The translations under genes were made by a program, and so were the position numbers. This document shows, piece by piece, positions 1 to 8,984 of a stretch of 64,000 nt of DNA. How positions within the stretch are numbered: the stretch's first letter is position 1; the number at the start of each line of letters is the position of its first letter. The notes below the pieces were generated by a model. That model was given only the letters and a program-made list of their open reading frames with translations, ran no database searches and was not told the DNA's origin. Source of the stretch: a virus (Duplodnaviria > Heunggongvirae > Uroviricota > Caudoviricetes); the IMG/VR virus record IMGVR_UViG_3300047388_000185, positions 64,738-128,737 of that record. One strand, 5' to 3'.

Positions 1-1211
1 TGACCAGCATAGCCAACTAGGCCCATCGGGGCTTGTGGCTCATATGCAGAGAGATCGAATGCACGTTCCAAAGCCATACCTGGATACAGGGAGGCTTGCT
101 TGGTGAACTTGCTCAGAGCACTTGTGATTTGAACGCGGGGATGGACCGAGGCTGACTTAGACATTTCCGAGACATCAGTATTGACTTCAACAGACTCAGG
201 TTCGGCTTTCATCAGGCCTTTAACGAGATGTTCAATTCCAGGAGTATGTTCGCCAGCCATCTTTTGAGAGATAAGCTTGGCGAAGAATGAAACGGACGGG
301 GAAATACCTAGCTCGGCGAGAGCATGAATAACGTGATGCAGGTCATAGTGAACCAGAAAGTCTAGAACTTCATCATCTGGATCTTTGATTTTATCTAGGA
401 GGGCGTTGAGGGAATCAGCTGAGCCAGTGATTTCACCTTCGACTTCTTTGATAAGCTCGGAGAGCTTCTTGATAGAGCTGGACTTCTCTTGAAGTTCTTC
501 AATTTCGGCTTCTTCAGCAGATCCAACAACAGGCGACCCTTGGTCAAAAGCAAGTTTTTGAAGAACCGAAGAAGTTACGTCAGCTGGTCTGACCACGATG
601 GAAATATCGAAGAAGCTCAGCGGAGCAACGTTTAAGGCTCCGACTTTGCGACCATCGGGTAAGATCTTTCCCAGGTCCATGGCGAGATGTTTACAGTACT
701 CAGCTCGGCTATGAGCCTGATGTCCGCAAATACTGCACTGATCATAGGGAGTTCGGCAGGCCATAGAGCTAGCAGGGAAATCACCTCGTTCGATACGGGC
801 TACGATATCTTTACCCCGTTCTTTATCTATCCAAGCCACCAATTCTACACGGCGCATGCGTTCGTTGTAAATCGATAGAACAACTTCCCCCATTGCAATT
901 TCTTTTTGTTTATTCAAATGATGACGAAATACATGGGCCGGATTTGTCTCAAATGTCTTGTGAGATGCGATGAGATTAGCTTCAGGAAATGCATCTGCGT
1001 TTCTGTTAAAACCCCAGTATTCCATAGCCCCCATTGCGACGAAGTGCACGTATATGCGGTTGGGATGAGGTTGGATATTCTTGGCATAAGCAGCGATCCG
1101 ATCATCCGTCTCCGCCTGCTTGATAAGACCAGGCATCTTGAAGTCGTCTAGGAGTCGAATTACCGGCTCATCTTGAAAGAGAGCCTGGTCGACGCTAATT
1201 AATTTGAGCAT
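1..1211 (-). CDS. Prohead (capsid maturation) protease, 3'-truncated by window edge
   Basis: Not in the ORF track because no stop lies in the window. My manual translation from ATG 1211 reads MLKLISVDQALFQDEPVIRLL...GFNRNADAFPE...HVFRHHLNK...SSMACRTPYDQCSICGH...YCKH...FFDISIVVRPAD and stays open to base 1. The NxNxDxFP, H-H, SMxC..CSICG and FxDxSxVxxPAD motifs resemble large-phage prohead serine proteases. Confidence 0.72.
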   Translation of the reverse strand, partial: MLKLISVDQALFQDEPVIRLLDDFKMPGLIKQAETDDRIAAYAKNIQPHPNRIYVHFVAMGAMEYWGFNRNADAFPEANLIASHKTFETNPAHVFRHHLNKQKEIAMGEVVLSIYNERMRRVELVAWIDKERGKDIVARIERGDFPASSMACRTPYDQCSICGHQAHSRAEYCKHLAMDLGKILPDGRKVGALNVAPLSFFDISIVVRPADVTSSVLQKLAFDQGSPVVGSAEEAEIEELQEKSSSIKKLSELIKEVEGEITGSADSLNALLDKIKDPDDEVLDFLVHYDLHHVIHALAELGISPSVSFFAKLISQKMAGEHTPGIEHLVKGLMKAEPESVEVNTDVSEMSKSASVHPRVQITSALSKFTKQASLYPGMALERAFDLSAYEPQAPMGLVGYAG

Positions 1212-1220
1212 GTGCTGATT

Positions 1221-2048
1221 TTAGGCTGAGACAGGGATCCAGCCTTTTGTGTGATATTCGGCAGTCCAATCAATCGCATCCAGTAGATTGTCTAGGTCGA
1301 AATGATTGAACTTCTCCATATTTTCCTCCTTAGGAATTACCTGGAGATTACCTTGGACATGTAAGCCACTGATCTGTTTTCCGTTCAGGGGTACGATATG
1401 GTCGACTTGATATGCTTTACCACTTGATCGAGTAAGTTCTCGACATGTCTTATAGATGACCGTTATCTGTTTCTTATCGGCCCAGGGCGTTGTCCGGCGC
1501 CGCTTTCTTATTTTTCTATCTCTACTATTGGCAAGGGCTTTTTCAGGAAATCTACGGTACCAATCCTTGGCAAGTTGATTCGTCTTATCAGTTTTCTCGG
1601 GCGTGGAATAACGCTCTTCTCGGATTCTAGATAATTCAGCAGCCCAAGTACCTTCGATCATCATCTTTTCAACCCGCTGTTGTCCATGCCACTGATTACA
1701 GTCTTGGCAATTACCATTAGCGACCCATCTCACTGTGGGATTGTGGCCTCGAGAGCACGATTTTGCCCCGTAATATCGTCGGACGCCTAAACTTAGAGCT
1801 TCTTTCTTATTGGACGCTATTAGCTCTTTCCGGCTCTCTATATAGCCAAGAGCAGTAGGTCTTTCAGTAGCAGTATGACAGTCTTGACATGTACCATTGG
1901 CGAGTATTCTTATAGCCGGAAAATGTCCATAGCAGCAGGCAGCTTCTCCGTAATATCGACGAACCCCTAGCCTTTGGGCTTCCGCCGGATTTGATGCGAT
2001 AAATTCTCCTCGACGGGAGAGGTACTCTTCGTCTCTTCCTTTCGCCAC
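1221..2048 (-). CDS. Free-standing HNH homing endonuclease
   Basis: C-terminal PWAD...VDHIVPLNG..ISGLHVQGNLQVIPKEENMEKFN HNH motif; duplicated N-terminal YYG..C..GH...ANGxCQDC Cys/His module; GTG start. Confidence 0.85.
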   Translation of the reverse strand: MAKGRDEEYLSRRGEFIASNPAEAQRLGVRRYYGEAACCYGHFPAIRILANGTCQDCHTATERPTALGYIESRKELIASNKKEALSLGVRRYYGAKSCSRGHNPTVRWVANGNCQDCNQWHGQQRVEKMMIEGTWAAELSRIREERYSTPEKTDKTNQLAKDWYRRFPEKALANSRDRKIRKRRRTTPWADKKQITVIYKTCRELTRSSGKAYQVDHIVPLNGKQISGLHVQGNLQVIPKEENMEKFNHFDLDNLLDAIDWTAEYHTKGWIPVSA

Positions 2049-2051
2049 GGC

Positions 2052-2285
2052 TTAAACACCCTCATCCGGCACCGTATGAAAATCCATCGCGGTATACCAG
2101 CGATAGTTCTCTTCCCCTAATTGACTAACCGAAGCTACAGCCGAACACCAACTTCCCACTGCCATAGTCTGATCAAAGATCACGTTGTTCGGCCCAGGAG
2201 AACGACCATCATTTGTTTTGATAATACGAACAGCGCCATCAGATGTGGCGCGTTGAAAGAATAAACCATTTTCAGAATGAAACAT
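2052..2285 (-). CDS. Small hypothetical phage protein
   Basis: 77-aa ORF tightly packed in the minus-strand operon (MFHSENGLFFQR...WCSAVASVS). Confidence 0.6.
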   Translation of the reverse strand: MFHSENGLFFQRATSDGAVRIIKTNDGRSPGPNNVIFDQTMAVGSWCSAVASVSQLGEENYRWYTAMDFHTVPDEGV

Positions 2286-2297
2286 AATATGCTTATT

Positions 2298-2657
2298 CTA
2301 ATTGGTTTCCTGCTGCTTTGCAAGAGCTTCATGTATTTTTCGGAGCGTAGTCAAGCTCTGAGCTTCAAGATTCTCGCGGTGCCGGTCACCCTTCATCTTC
2401 TTATGCCCCTCAACATACCCAACGGTGCCCAATCCAAGTCCAGTAGCACTCATGCCAATCTTGACCTTGTCAGTACCATTCAGCGTCTTGGCCCAAGCCT
2501 TGACACCTTCCATGACACCAGCTTCTTTACTCAAAGTCGGCAACGGCTTAACAGGATCCTTCAAGGTAGCCCTAGGAGCCTTCTCGACATTATCCAAACC
2601 AGTCCCGCTGGCGGCAATGTCCGACTTGGCGATCTTGGTTAGGTATTTGTTAGTCAT
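2298..2657 (-). CDS. Small putative virion/head-associated protein with N-terminal NKYLxKIA motif
   Basis: Starts MTNKYLTKIAK; Gly-rich hydrophobic segment; overlaps upstream gene. Confidence 0.6.
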   Translation of the reverse strand: MTNKYLTKIAKSDIAASGTGLDNVEKAPRATLKDPVKPLPTLSKEAGVMEGVKAWAKTLNGTDKVKIGMSATGLGLGTVGYVEGHKKMKGDRHRENLEAQSLTTLRKIHEALAKQQETN

Positions 2658-2931
2658 TGCTCTTCTTTTTCTTCAATGCCATGGCCATGGTAGCCAAGCC
2701 TGCCCCAGCCCCAACGGCGAGGCCAATCTTGCCGGCAGCCTTGCCAACGACCTTCTTGGTCTTCAGAGACTCGGCTTTACCTAGACGTTCCGAGCGGCGA
2801 TTCTGAGCCGCCTGGATTTCAGGAGTATAAATCTTCGAGTGCTTGTCTTCCATCGAGCCATGTACGTCAACTGCGTGACCATATTGGCCACGGAAGTCTT
2901 TGGCTACTTTTTCCAAGTATTTGTTGGACAT
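2650..2931 (-). CDS. Small putative virion/head-associated protein with N-terminal NKYLxKVA motif
   Basis: Starts MSNKYLEKVAK; C-terminal Gly/Ala hydrophobic helix followed by KKKK. Confidence 0.6.
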   Translation of the reverse strand: MSNKYLEKVAKDFRGQYGHAVDVHGSMEDKHSKIYTPEIQAAQNRRSERLGKAESLKTKKVVGKAAGKIGLAVGAGAGLATMAMALKKKKSND

Positions 2932-2932
2932 T

Positions 2933-3439
2933 TTAAACGTAGGCCTTTGGCGAGAAGAGTGAGTTTTTGCGATTATCCGTGTAACGGTTCTCTAGTTCGC
3001 TAATAGTCTTGATCGTGGTGATATCAACAGACTCTCCCTGAATAGCATTCACAAGAAGGTGGGACAAGACGTTCGGGTCACATACAACGTGTGGAGCAAA
3101 CTTGTACAGCGTCTCGGCAAAGCTGGCAACACGACCAGGATACTCAGACATAGCGTGACGAAGCATCTCATTGCCAGATACAGCTGACTGAAGAGCCTGT
3201 TTAAACTTGGCATGCATGTTAGTATCAGCCATACCGCTGATAGCCGAAGAGATACCGTGAATGCCTAGGCCAAGGCCGAGTCCCGCAACACCAGCACCTA
3301 CCGCCTTAGCTGCCCCAACGCCAACATCACCCCAAAAGGCTTGCTTGACAAATGCTTCTGTAAAGGCATCGGCTTGGCCCTTGTCCCCGGCACACTTCTC
3401 AAGGGCCAGTTCATAAATTTGTTCGTATAGAGTCGTCAT
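2933..3439 (-). CDS. Putative head-associated protein
   Basis: 168-aa ORF with LEKCA and FVKQA motifs and a Gly-rich hydrophobic segment, in the protease operon. Confidence 0.6.
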   Translation of the reverse strand: MTTLYEQIYELALEKCAGDKGQADAFTEAFVKQAFWGDVGVGAAKAVGAGVAGLGLGLGIHGISSAISGMADTNMHAKFKQALQSAVSGNEMLRHAMSEYPGRVASFAETLYKFAPHVVCDPNVLSHLLVNAIQGESVDITTIKTISELENRYTDNRKNSLFSPKAYV

Positions 3440-3456
3440 ATTCTTCTTTTGGTTGA

Positions 3457-4533
3457 TTAGTTCAGAGCGTCCCAGACGTCTCCGTTTGTTCCCTTGGTGG
3501 CATCGTGATGCGGGCGGAACGAGATTGCATCGAGGCCAGCACCAGCAGCGAGAGTAGTTCCAGCGATCATGCGCTTGGAATTCTTCATTGTTTGTACGGT
3601 CGAAGGTTTCAGGGTCCCAGGTTGAATACCCATTTTCTTCCCAAGGCTAGTCGAAGCAAAGCCTGACTGAGCCTTCGTAGCTGCTGTGTCAATACCGGCC
3701 GAGACTCCGGCGCTTACCTTGTTCGCCGCGAAGCGAAATGGGGCACTAACGATACTCCGAGCTGCCCTTCCTACACCAGCAGCCATTGTGGTGATCAATC
3801 CGGCTTGTTTGTCAAGGCCAGAACGGTGTTCGATTTCAGCAAGCGTATCTTGAGCTTGTTCTAATAGCTTCGCAAGCGAAGCGGCCTTTTCAAAAGCAGG
3901 CTTCCACTCTCTGTTCATCTTCACATCTTCAACCCAGTCAATCCGCGTTGGAGCGTCTGCGCCAAAGGTTAGGCGAGCCACCTTGGTGAACTGAGTTCCG
4001 TTCGATGCAAGGGACATACCTTCAACGGCAAACGGGGTCTTCTTTAGTTCGGACGCAGCCTTCTCAAGGTCGAGAACCAGATGGAATGCACGGGCTTGAG
4101 CATCTTCCAGGGCGCGCTTATTCTTACTAGCTTCCTTGATCAGGTGCGTCATGGCCGCTTGCTTAGTCAGCTCGGGCATCTCGAACTCTAAGGCGGCTGA
4201 AGCTTGCTTAACCAAGTCATCATCCGTTTCATCAGCGCTTTGAATCGAAACCTTTGGCTCAGTCGATTGCATATCGTCAGGCATCGAGGCGCACTTCATG
4301 ATCTCGTCATAATCAGCCAGGGGAAATTCACCTGTGCGATCTGAGCCTTCGACAGACTTCAAATAGGCCAATGTATTCGTAGCTTCCACTGCGCGCTTTA
4401 CTTGGTCGCTATTGAGGTCCCGAGCAGCAGCTTGCTTGGCCAGACCTACGCTAAGCGGGGTGCCGTGGTTGTAGAAATCGCTTGTGGTTGAGACAGCGAT
4501 GTCTTGAAGGTCTTGAACTGTTAGGAGGGCCAT
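3457..4533 (-). CDS. Putative internal head/scaffold-like protein with seven Phi-x-K-x-A motifs
   Basis: LAKQAA, LVKQAS, LTKQAA, LIKEAS, LEKAAS, FEKAAS, LDKQAG within 358 aa; upstream of the protease. Function inferred. Confidence 0.55.
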   Translation of the reverse strand: MALLTVQDLQDIAVSTTSDFYNHGTPLSVGLAKQAAARDLNSDQVKRAVEATNTLAYLKSVEGSDRTGEFPLADYDEIMKCASMPDDMQSTEPKVSIQSADETDDDLVKQASAALEFEMPELTKQAAMTHLIKEASKNKRALEDAQARAFHLVLDLEKAASELKKTPFAVEGMSLASNGTQFTKVARLTFGADAPTRIDWVEDVKMNREWKPAFEKAASLAKLLEQAQDTLAEIEHRSGLDKQAGLITTMAAGVGRAARSIVSAPFRFAANKVSAGVSAGIDTAATKAQSGFASTSLGKKMGIQPGTLKPSTVQTMKNSKRMIAGTTLAAGAGLDAISFRPHHDATKGTNGDVWDALN

Positions 4534-4542
4534 GGGGTTATT

Positions 4543-5238
4543 TTAAGAGAGGGGATCGAGGTCGTCGAGGCTATCAAGATTGGCAAATGAACCGAAGTTC
4601 GGGGCTATCGATGAAAGAGCCAATTCGATATCTTTTTTAGCTGCGCCACTGTCAAGTAGGTACATCTTCAGGAGTCTAGCTAGGGAAGTAGCACTCGAAG
4701 ACCATTTGTGTGCCTCTGCGCTAGTAGCAGAACCAGACGACGAGAATGCGGCTTCTTTTGCTTTGTAAATACTAAGACTAAAGAGCTCTTTTAATCCCTC
4801 AATAGGGTTAATACTTACGGTTTCCCCGAGTCTCCACTTTAGAAAAACGGTTCCACTAGCAAGAGCCCAAACTAGAAGATCTTTCCCCTCAGCGTCGTAG
4901 TCTTCGATAAGGGCTAATTTACTAAGTCGATTGAAACCCTTGACATCAAAGAAAAAATCTCGATAAACAGAGACAACTTCAGCGGGGATATCAAGGGTCT
5001 TTGATACATCATCGACATCATCAGTAGCAATCAAAGCAGCATCGAGGTAATTTCGCTTGACGTTGGAAAGCCAAAGCATCTTCGCGCCCTCATACTTGCT
5101 CGCTGCCATACTTTCGGATCCATCTTCAGTTACGGTCAGCACTGCATCGACCAAGGGGTCGGCCCCAAAGGTCTTGGATTTAACTAGAAGATGTCTACGC
5201 TGAGGAAGGGTCATAAGTTTAAATCCCGAGGGATTCAT
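4543..5238 (-). CDS. Hypothetical protein (core operon)
   Basis: 231-aa ORF packed between core genes. Confidence 0.7.
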   Translation of the reverse strand: MNPSGFKLMTLPQRRHLLVKSKTFGADPLVDAVLTVTEDGSESMAASKYEGAKMLWLSNVKRNYLDAALIATDDVDDVSKTLDIPAEVVSVYRDFFFDVKGFNRLSKLALIEDYDAEGKDLLVWALASGTVFLKWRLGETVSINPIEGLKELFSLSIYKAKEAAFSSSGSATSAEAHKWSSSATSLARLLKMYLLDSGAAKKDIELALSSIAPNFGSFANLDSLDDLDPLS

Positions 5239-5247
5239 GGGCCTATT

Positions 5248-6153
5248 TTAAGGGTTAAACCAAGTCCAGCCATTTACGTAGTAATCGGCGCCGTACCAGA
5301 TGCCTTGCTTTTCGGCGTCTTCTTCTGTAAAAGTATTGGATTTAGCCCGATTATCACAAGCAAACATAGGTTGGAGATTATATTCTACATGAAACCCACA
5401 GACGTCTTCTCCTTGCAATGGAACTGCGTGATCAACTTCTACTTCAGTTCCATACCTTTTTGATAGTTGAAAAGCCTCTTTATATACTTGTCGAATGGCT
5501 TCTAAGTCCGCCCACTTTGGTGTCCGATCTAATTTCATTGATCTATATTCGGCGTCCTTTGCTCTATATTTTACAGGGTTCTCTTGACGTCGCGTTTGTC
5601 GAAGGACTCTATTGTGTTCTTTTACTTCAGGTAGTCTATTGCGTTCAATGCAGTACTGGATATGATTTGCAACTGCTTCTTGATCTTCCCGAAAAAGACG
5701 GTAACGTTCTTTTGAGGCTTCCTGAGCTTTGGGAGTTTGACGATAGTCTCGTTTTTGTTGAAGACTGGCTTCGTATTTTTCCGGATTTTGTTTTAATCGT
5801 TCTAGTTTCAAGCGGGCCGACTCTTTCTCTTGCTCATAAAGAAGAGGATCTGCTTTTATAAGACTGTATCGACCTTTATGATAGTTTTGAAAATATTCTT
5901 TTGTTTCTGGTTTTTCTCGAGCTTTCTCACGACGAACAGCAGCTTGCTTTTTACTTTCAGGATTTTGATGTTTTAAATGCGTGCATTGAACACAACTGCC
6001 ATCGCATGTGTATCGAAGATTAGGGTAGTGATCAAGCTTACAGGGCCTTCCGGCCCCGTACATTGTCAATCCTGTTTCTTTTGCTTTCGCCCTAGTTAGA
6101 ACTGAAAAGTCAGTTTCGGATTCATCCTTAATTAATAAGGATTTGTACTTCAT
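5248..6153 (-). CDS. Free-standing HNH homing endonuclease
   Basis: TPKWAD...VDHAVPLQG..VCGFHVEYNLQ...DNRAKSN; N-terminal YGAGRPCKLDH...CDGSCVQC module; AT-richer than its neighbours. Confidence 0.85.
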   Translation of the reverse strand: MKYKSLLIKDESETDFSVLTRAKAKETGLTMYGAGRPCKLDHYPNLRYTCDGSCVQCTHLKHQNPESKKQAAVRREKAREKPETKEYFQNYHKGRYSLIKADPLLYEQEKESARLKLERLKQNPEKYEASLQQKRDYRQTPKAQEASKERYRLFREDQEAVANHIQYCIERNRLPEVKEHNRVLRQTRRQENPVKYRAKDAEYRSMKLDRTPKWADLEAIRQVYKEAFQLSKRYGTEVEVDHAVPLQGEDVCGFHVEYNLQPMFACDNRAKSNTFTEEDAEKQGIWYGADYYVNGWTWFNP

Positions 6154-6157
6154 GTTA

Positions 6158-8065
6158 TTAAATACCTACGCCCTTAGGGGTCGATTTATTACGATCAAAG
6201 CCGGATCCGGCATTTGCCGTTTCCTCAAGGCGACAGACTGTATCTCCCAATGTTTTATATGTAGTTTTCACTTTTGCGATTAAGGCAAAAACATTGTCAG
6301 AATCCATACCCTCAGCTAGCTGATCGATACGAACTCTTGATAATAGCAAAGTTCTGCCAAGTTTGTCAACAGCGGCGGACAATTCAGGTAGATATTCTTT
6401 GATCATTTCGAACAGATCTGGACTGGCTAGGAGTTGTGAAATCATAGTAGCTTCAACGACTTCTGCATCACCAAGACTCACTGCATCGTTCATGGCGCCA
6501 GTAAAGACACCGCTTTGATTAACTTGGTCAGCTTGATCGTTCAAGACCCGGTCGCCATAATTGGCAATCTCAGTTTGACCGCTGTCGCCAGCCGAGGCTT
6601 TCTTCGACAGAAAGATCTTGACGTACTTGATTTCTTCGGCTTGCTTCAGGAAGTTCTGAGCTGCTTCCGGGTCAATCTGTTCGTTCTCAACGAGATCCTT
6701 GAATGCGTCGATCTTGCTGCCAAGGTAGGATGCGTTCTTCGTAAACGAGATGCCGTCATAGCGCAAGTCAAGATTAGCACCGAGGAACTGAGCCGTACGA
6801 AGATTAAGCTTATCCGAAGCCGAGTTTCCGCTTTGTTCCAGATCGAATGTGACATTCTCACCGAGGGGCAAAACAATAACATTGTGCTGGACATACATCG
6901 TATCACCGATGATTTCCATATCCGTACGCAGATTCTTCGAGCCAATGATTTGCTTAATATTTCCACTATAGGTCTTGATCGTAACGCCGATGGCACTCAG
7001 CACAACTGAGTCAACCGTGAACGGGCCCATGACGGAGCCGTCCGGCAGGAACAACATAACCTTCTCATTGTTTTCGCAGTCCTTCAGGAGCTTCGGGGGG
7101 ACGTTGTTAAACAGAGCCTTCATTACACCAAGCTTGGGAACGTCGTCACCGACCTTCATGACAGGGGCTGCGGCATACGAGCCGTCTTCAAACAGAACAG
7201 TGCTGTTCGTCGGGCTGTCACGGTGATAGCTAGGCAGATAACAAGCGTGCGTAGAGCCGTCACGGAAAAGAACGTTGACTTCCATGTTGGGGTCAACGCT
7301 TGGCTGGGTTTGGCTAACTACGCCAACGGAGTTGTAGGGTTGGTATTGAACTGCGACACGGGAGAAACCTGAGCCAGGCTTCAGAACGTAGCCGTCGCGC
7401 ATGAACTGTTGGGCCATTGCTTCGTCAGCCATCGCCTTGACGTCACGGATTGAGGTCACAACAGACCAAGCTGGGGTGACGGCCATCGGAGAGACGTCGA
7501 TGGAATTGGAAGCAGCGGCGCCACCGGCAGTAGCAGAACCCTTGAGAGCTGCGAAGATAGCCTTGAGGCCAAACATGGCGTCGAGGGCAGAATAGGCTGA
7601 TTGCTCACCTGCCAATTTCGTCATAACAAAAGCCTGTACCTTCAGGGGGCATGCAGCCAAGAACTCGGTCAGGCGACTGGCGGACGAATAGACGTACTTG
7701 CCAGTACGCGGCGGATTCATTAAAACGGATAGGTCCGGATTTCTGGCGACGCCCTTGGGGATATCTTTTGCTCGGCCAGTGTTGGTCGGGGTAGCCATCA
7801 TCAGACGTTCGATCGTTGTCTTTGTGAGGGGGATAAACCGGGCCTCATCTTCTAGAAAGATAGAATCTAACGGGAAAATAGTTTCGTCTTTAGCTACGAC
7901 TGGGATATAGGCTACGCCCATTCCAGTACGCAACAGGAAGAGGCCTACCTGAACTCCCGTGTCATCGATTTGATCGGTAACGTCCGAGAAGTTGAGCACG
8001 CTCGCACCAAGTTGGGGCGCTGCAGTCAGAAGCTTGGCAAGTGCGAGATCGGCGAATTGGTCCAT
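6158..8065 (-). CDS. Large hypothetical protein, probably virion-associated
   Basis: 635-aa ORF heading the head operon, with an AGGA SD and a TTGACT-N17-TAAAAT promoter; carries FLKQAE and LSKKAS motifs. Confidence 0.6.
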   Translation of the reverse strand: MDQFADLALAKLLTAAPQLGASVLNFSDVTDQIDDTGVQVGLFLLRTGMGVAYIPVVAKDETIFPLDSIFLEDEARFIPLTKTTIERLMMATPTNTGRAKDIPKGVARNPDLSVLMNPPRTGKYVYSSASRLTEFLAACPLKVQAFVMTKLAGEQSAYSALDAMFGLKAIFAALKGSATAGGAAASNSIDVSPMAVTPAWSVVTSIRDVKAMADEAMAQQFMRDGYVLKPGSGFSRVAVQYQPYNSVGVVSQTQPSVDPNMEVNVLFRDGSTHACYLPSYHRDSPTNSTVLFEDGSYAAAPVMKVGDDVPKLGVMKALFNNVPPKLLKDCENNEKVMLFLPDGSVMGPFTVDSVVLSAIGVTIKTYSGNIKQIIGSKNLRTDMEIIGDTMYVQHNVIVLPLGENVTFDLEQSGNSASDKLNLRTAQFLGANLDLRYDGISFTKNASYLGSKIDAFKDLVENEQIDPEAAQNFLKQAEEIKYVKIFLSKKASAGDSGQTEIANYGDRVLNDQADQVNQSGVFTGAMNDAVSLGDAEVVEATMISQLLASPDLFEMIKEYLPELSAAVDKLGRTLLLSRVRIDQLAEGMDSDNVFALIAKVKTTYKTLGDTVCRLEETANAGSGFDRNKSTPKGVGI

Positions 8066-8094
8066 GATATCCTGTTGATGGAAGTAATGCGTCT

Positions 8095-8123
8095 ATTTTA
8101 AGGCACCCCACGGATGAAGTCAA
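8095..8123 (-). promoter_or_regulatory. sigma70-like promoter TTGACT-N17-TAAAAT for the head operon
   Basis: Minus strand reads TTGACT TCATCCGTGGGGTGCCT TAAAAT, upstream of ATG 8065. Confidence 0.65.
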
Positions 8124-8148
8124 TAACCTGCTTTAGTTATGGTATAAG
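8119..8148 (+). promoter_or_regulatory. Class I (accessory-island) promoter
   Basis: GTCAATAA-N13-TGGTATAAG; same motif and spacing as nine other copies in the window. Confidence 0.7.
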
Positions 8149-8200
8149 AGAGTAACGCTAGATACGTTCTGGCGCATATCAACCTTACCAGGAGCCCCAA

Positions 8201-8428
8201 ATGAACCAAGCCAGTCGTGGTCAAAATCGTTACGAAGTCGTCGGTGAAACCGTCACCGGAGTCCAAACGTCTGCCAAGACCGAAGACAAGGAAAGCATGC
8301 GTATCATGCTGCCTGGAATGCAAGCTTCGAACGACGTGAAGTCCTTCCGAGTCTTCCAGACCGGTACGGGAACCGTTTCGCCGGAGCACTTTCAAATGTC
8401 AGGTGCGTTTTTCACAAAATGGAAGTGA
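8201..8428 (+). CDS. Small hypothetical protein, first gene of accessory island
   Basis: AGGAG SD within the AACCTTACCAGGAG leader; directly downstream of the class I promoter. Confidence 0.6.
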   Translation: MNQASRGQNRYEVVGETVTGVQTSAKTEDKESMRIMLPGMQASNDVKSFRVFQTGTGTVSPEHFQMSGAFFTKWK

Positions 8429-8429
8429 C

Positions 8430-8825
8430 ATGACTGTCGTTGTTTCTACTTTCGAAGCGGCCCTCTACCAAGCTATGCGCCGTCGGCGCCTTCAGTTGGA
8501 GATGGGTCAACAAGAGTTCTCTAAGAAGGTGGGGTTAAGCCCTCGCTTTTGGTACAAGATCGAAGCGGGCCAAGTTGGCCTCCTGGTTCCCCGCATCGTC
8601 AGGGCAGCAGAAATCCTTGGAGTTGCCGTGTCCACCTTGTTCTACGAAGCCGAACAATTCCTGGCTTCCGGAGAATTCCCCGAACTTCCGTTGTCTGCGA
8701 CTGAGCGTAAAAACCTCATTCTCAAGGAGAAAGAAAATGCCGCAATGCTTGACCAACTACGACGCCGAGATAATTCGTGGTGTGCTCCGCTTACCTCCAA
8801 ACTGTGCGAGGCTCACGAAGAGTGA
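8430..8825 (+). CDS. XRE/Cro-type helix-turn-helix transcriptional regulator
   Basis: MRRRRLQLEMGQQEFSKKVGLSPRFWYKIEAG...RAAEILGVAVSTLF is an XRE HTH pattern; start moved to ATG 8430. Confidence 0.75.
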   Translation: MTVVVSTFEAALYQAMRRRRLQLEMGQQEFSKKVGLSPRFWYKIEAGQVGLLVPRIVRAAEILGVAVSTLFYEAEQFLASGEFPELPLSATERKNLILKEKENAAMLDQLRRRDNSWCAPLTSKLCEAHEE

Positions 8826-8984
8826 GAAGCGCCAAGTCAAGGAGGCGGCGGTGTCCAACGCAACACTCGCTTCATGTCTGCACACGGGTCTGAAGCTGTA
8901 CCACACCAAGATCGATCTGATCATGCGCAAGGGTAAGCGCCCGAACGTGACGGTCTGGGTCTCGGTTCCGATTGGAGAACTCCA

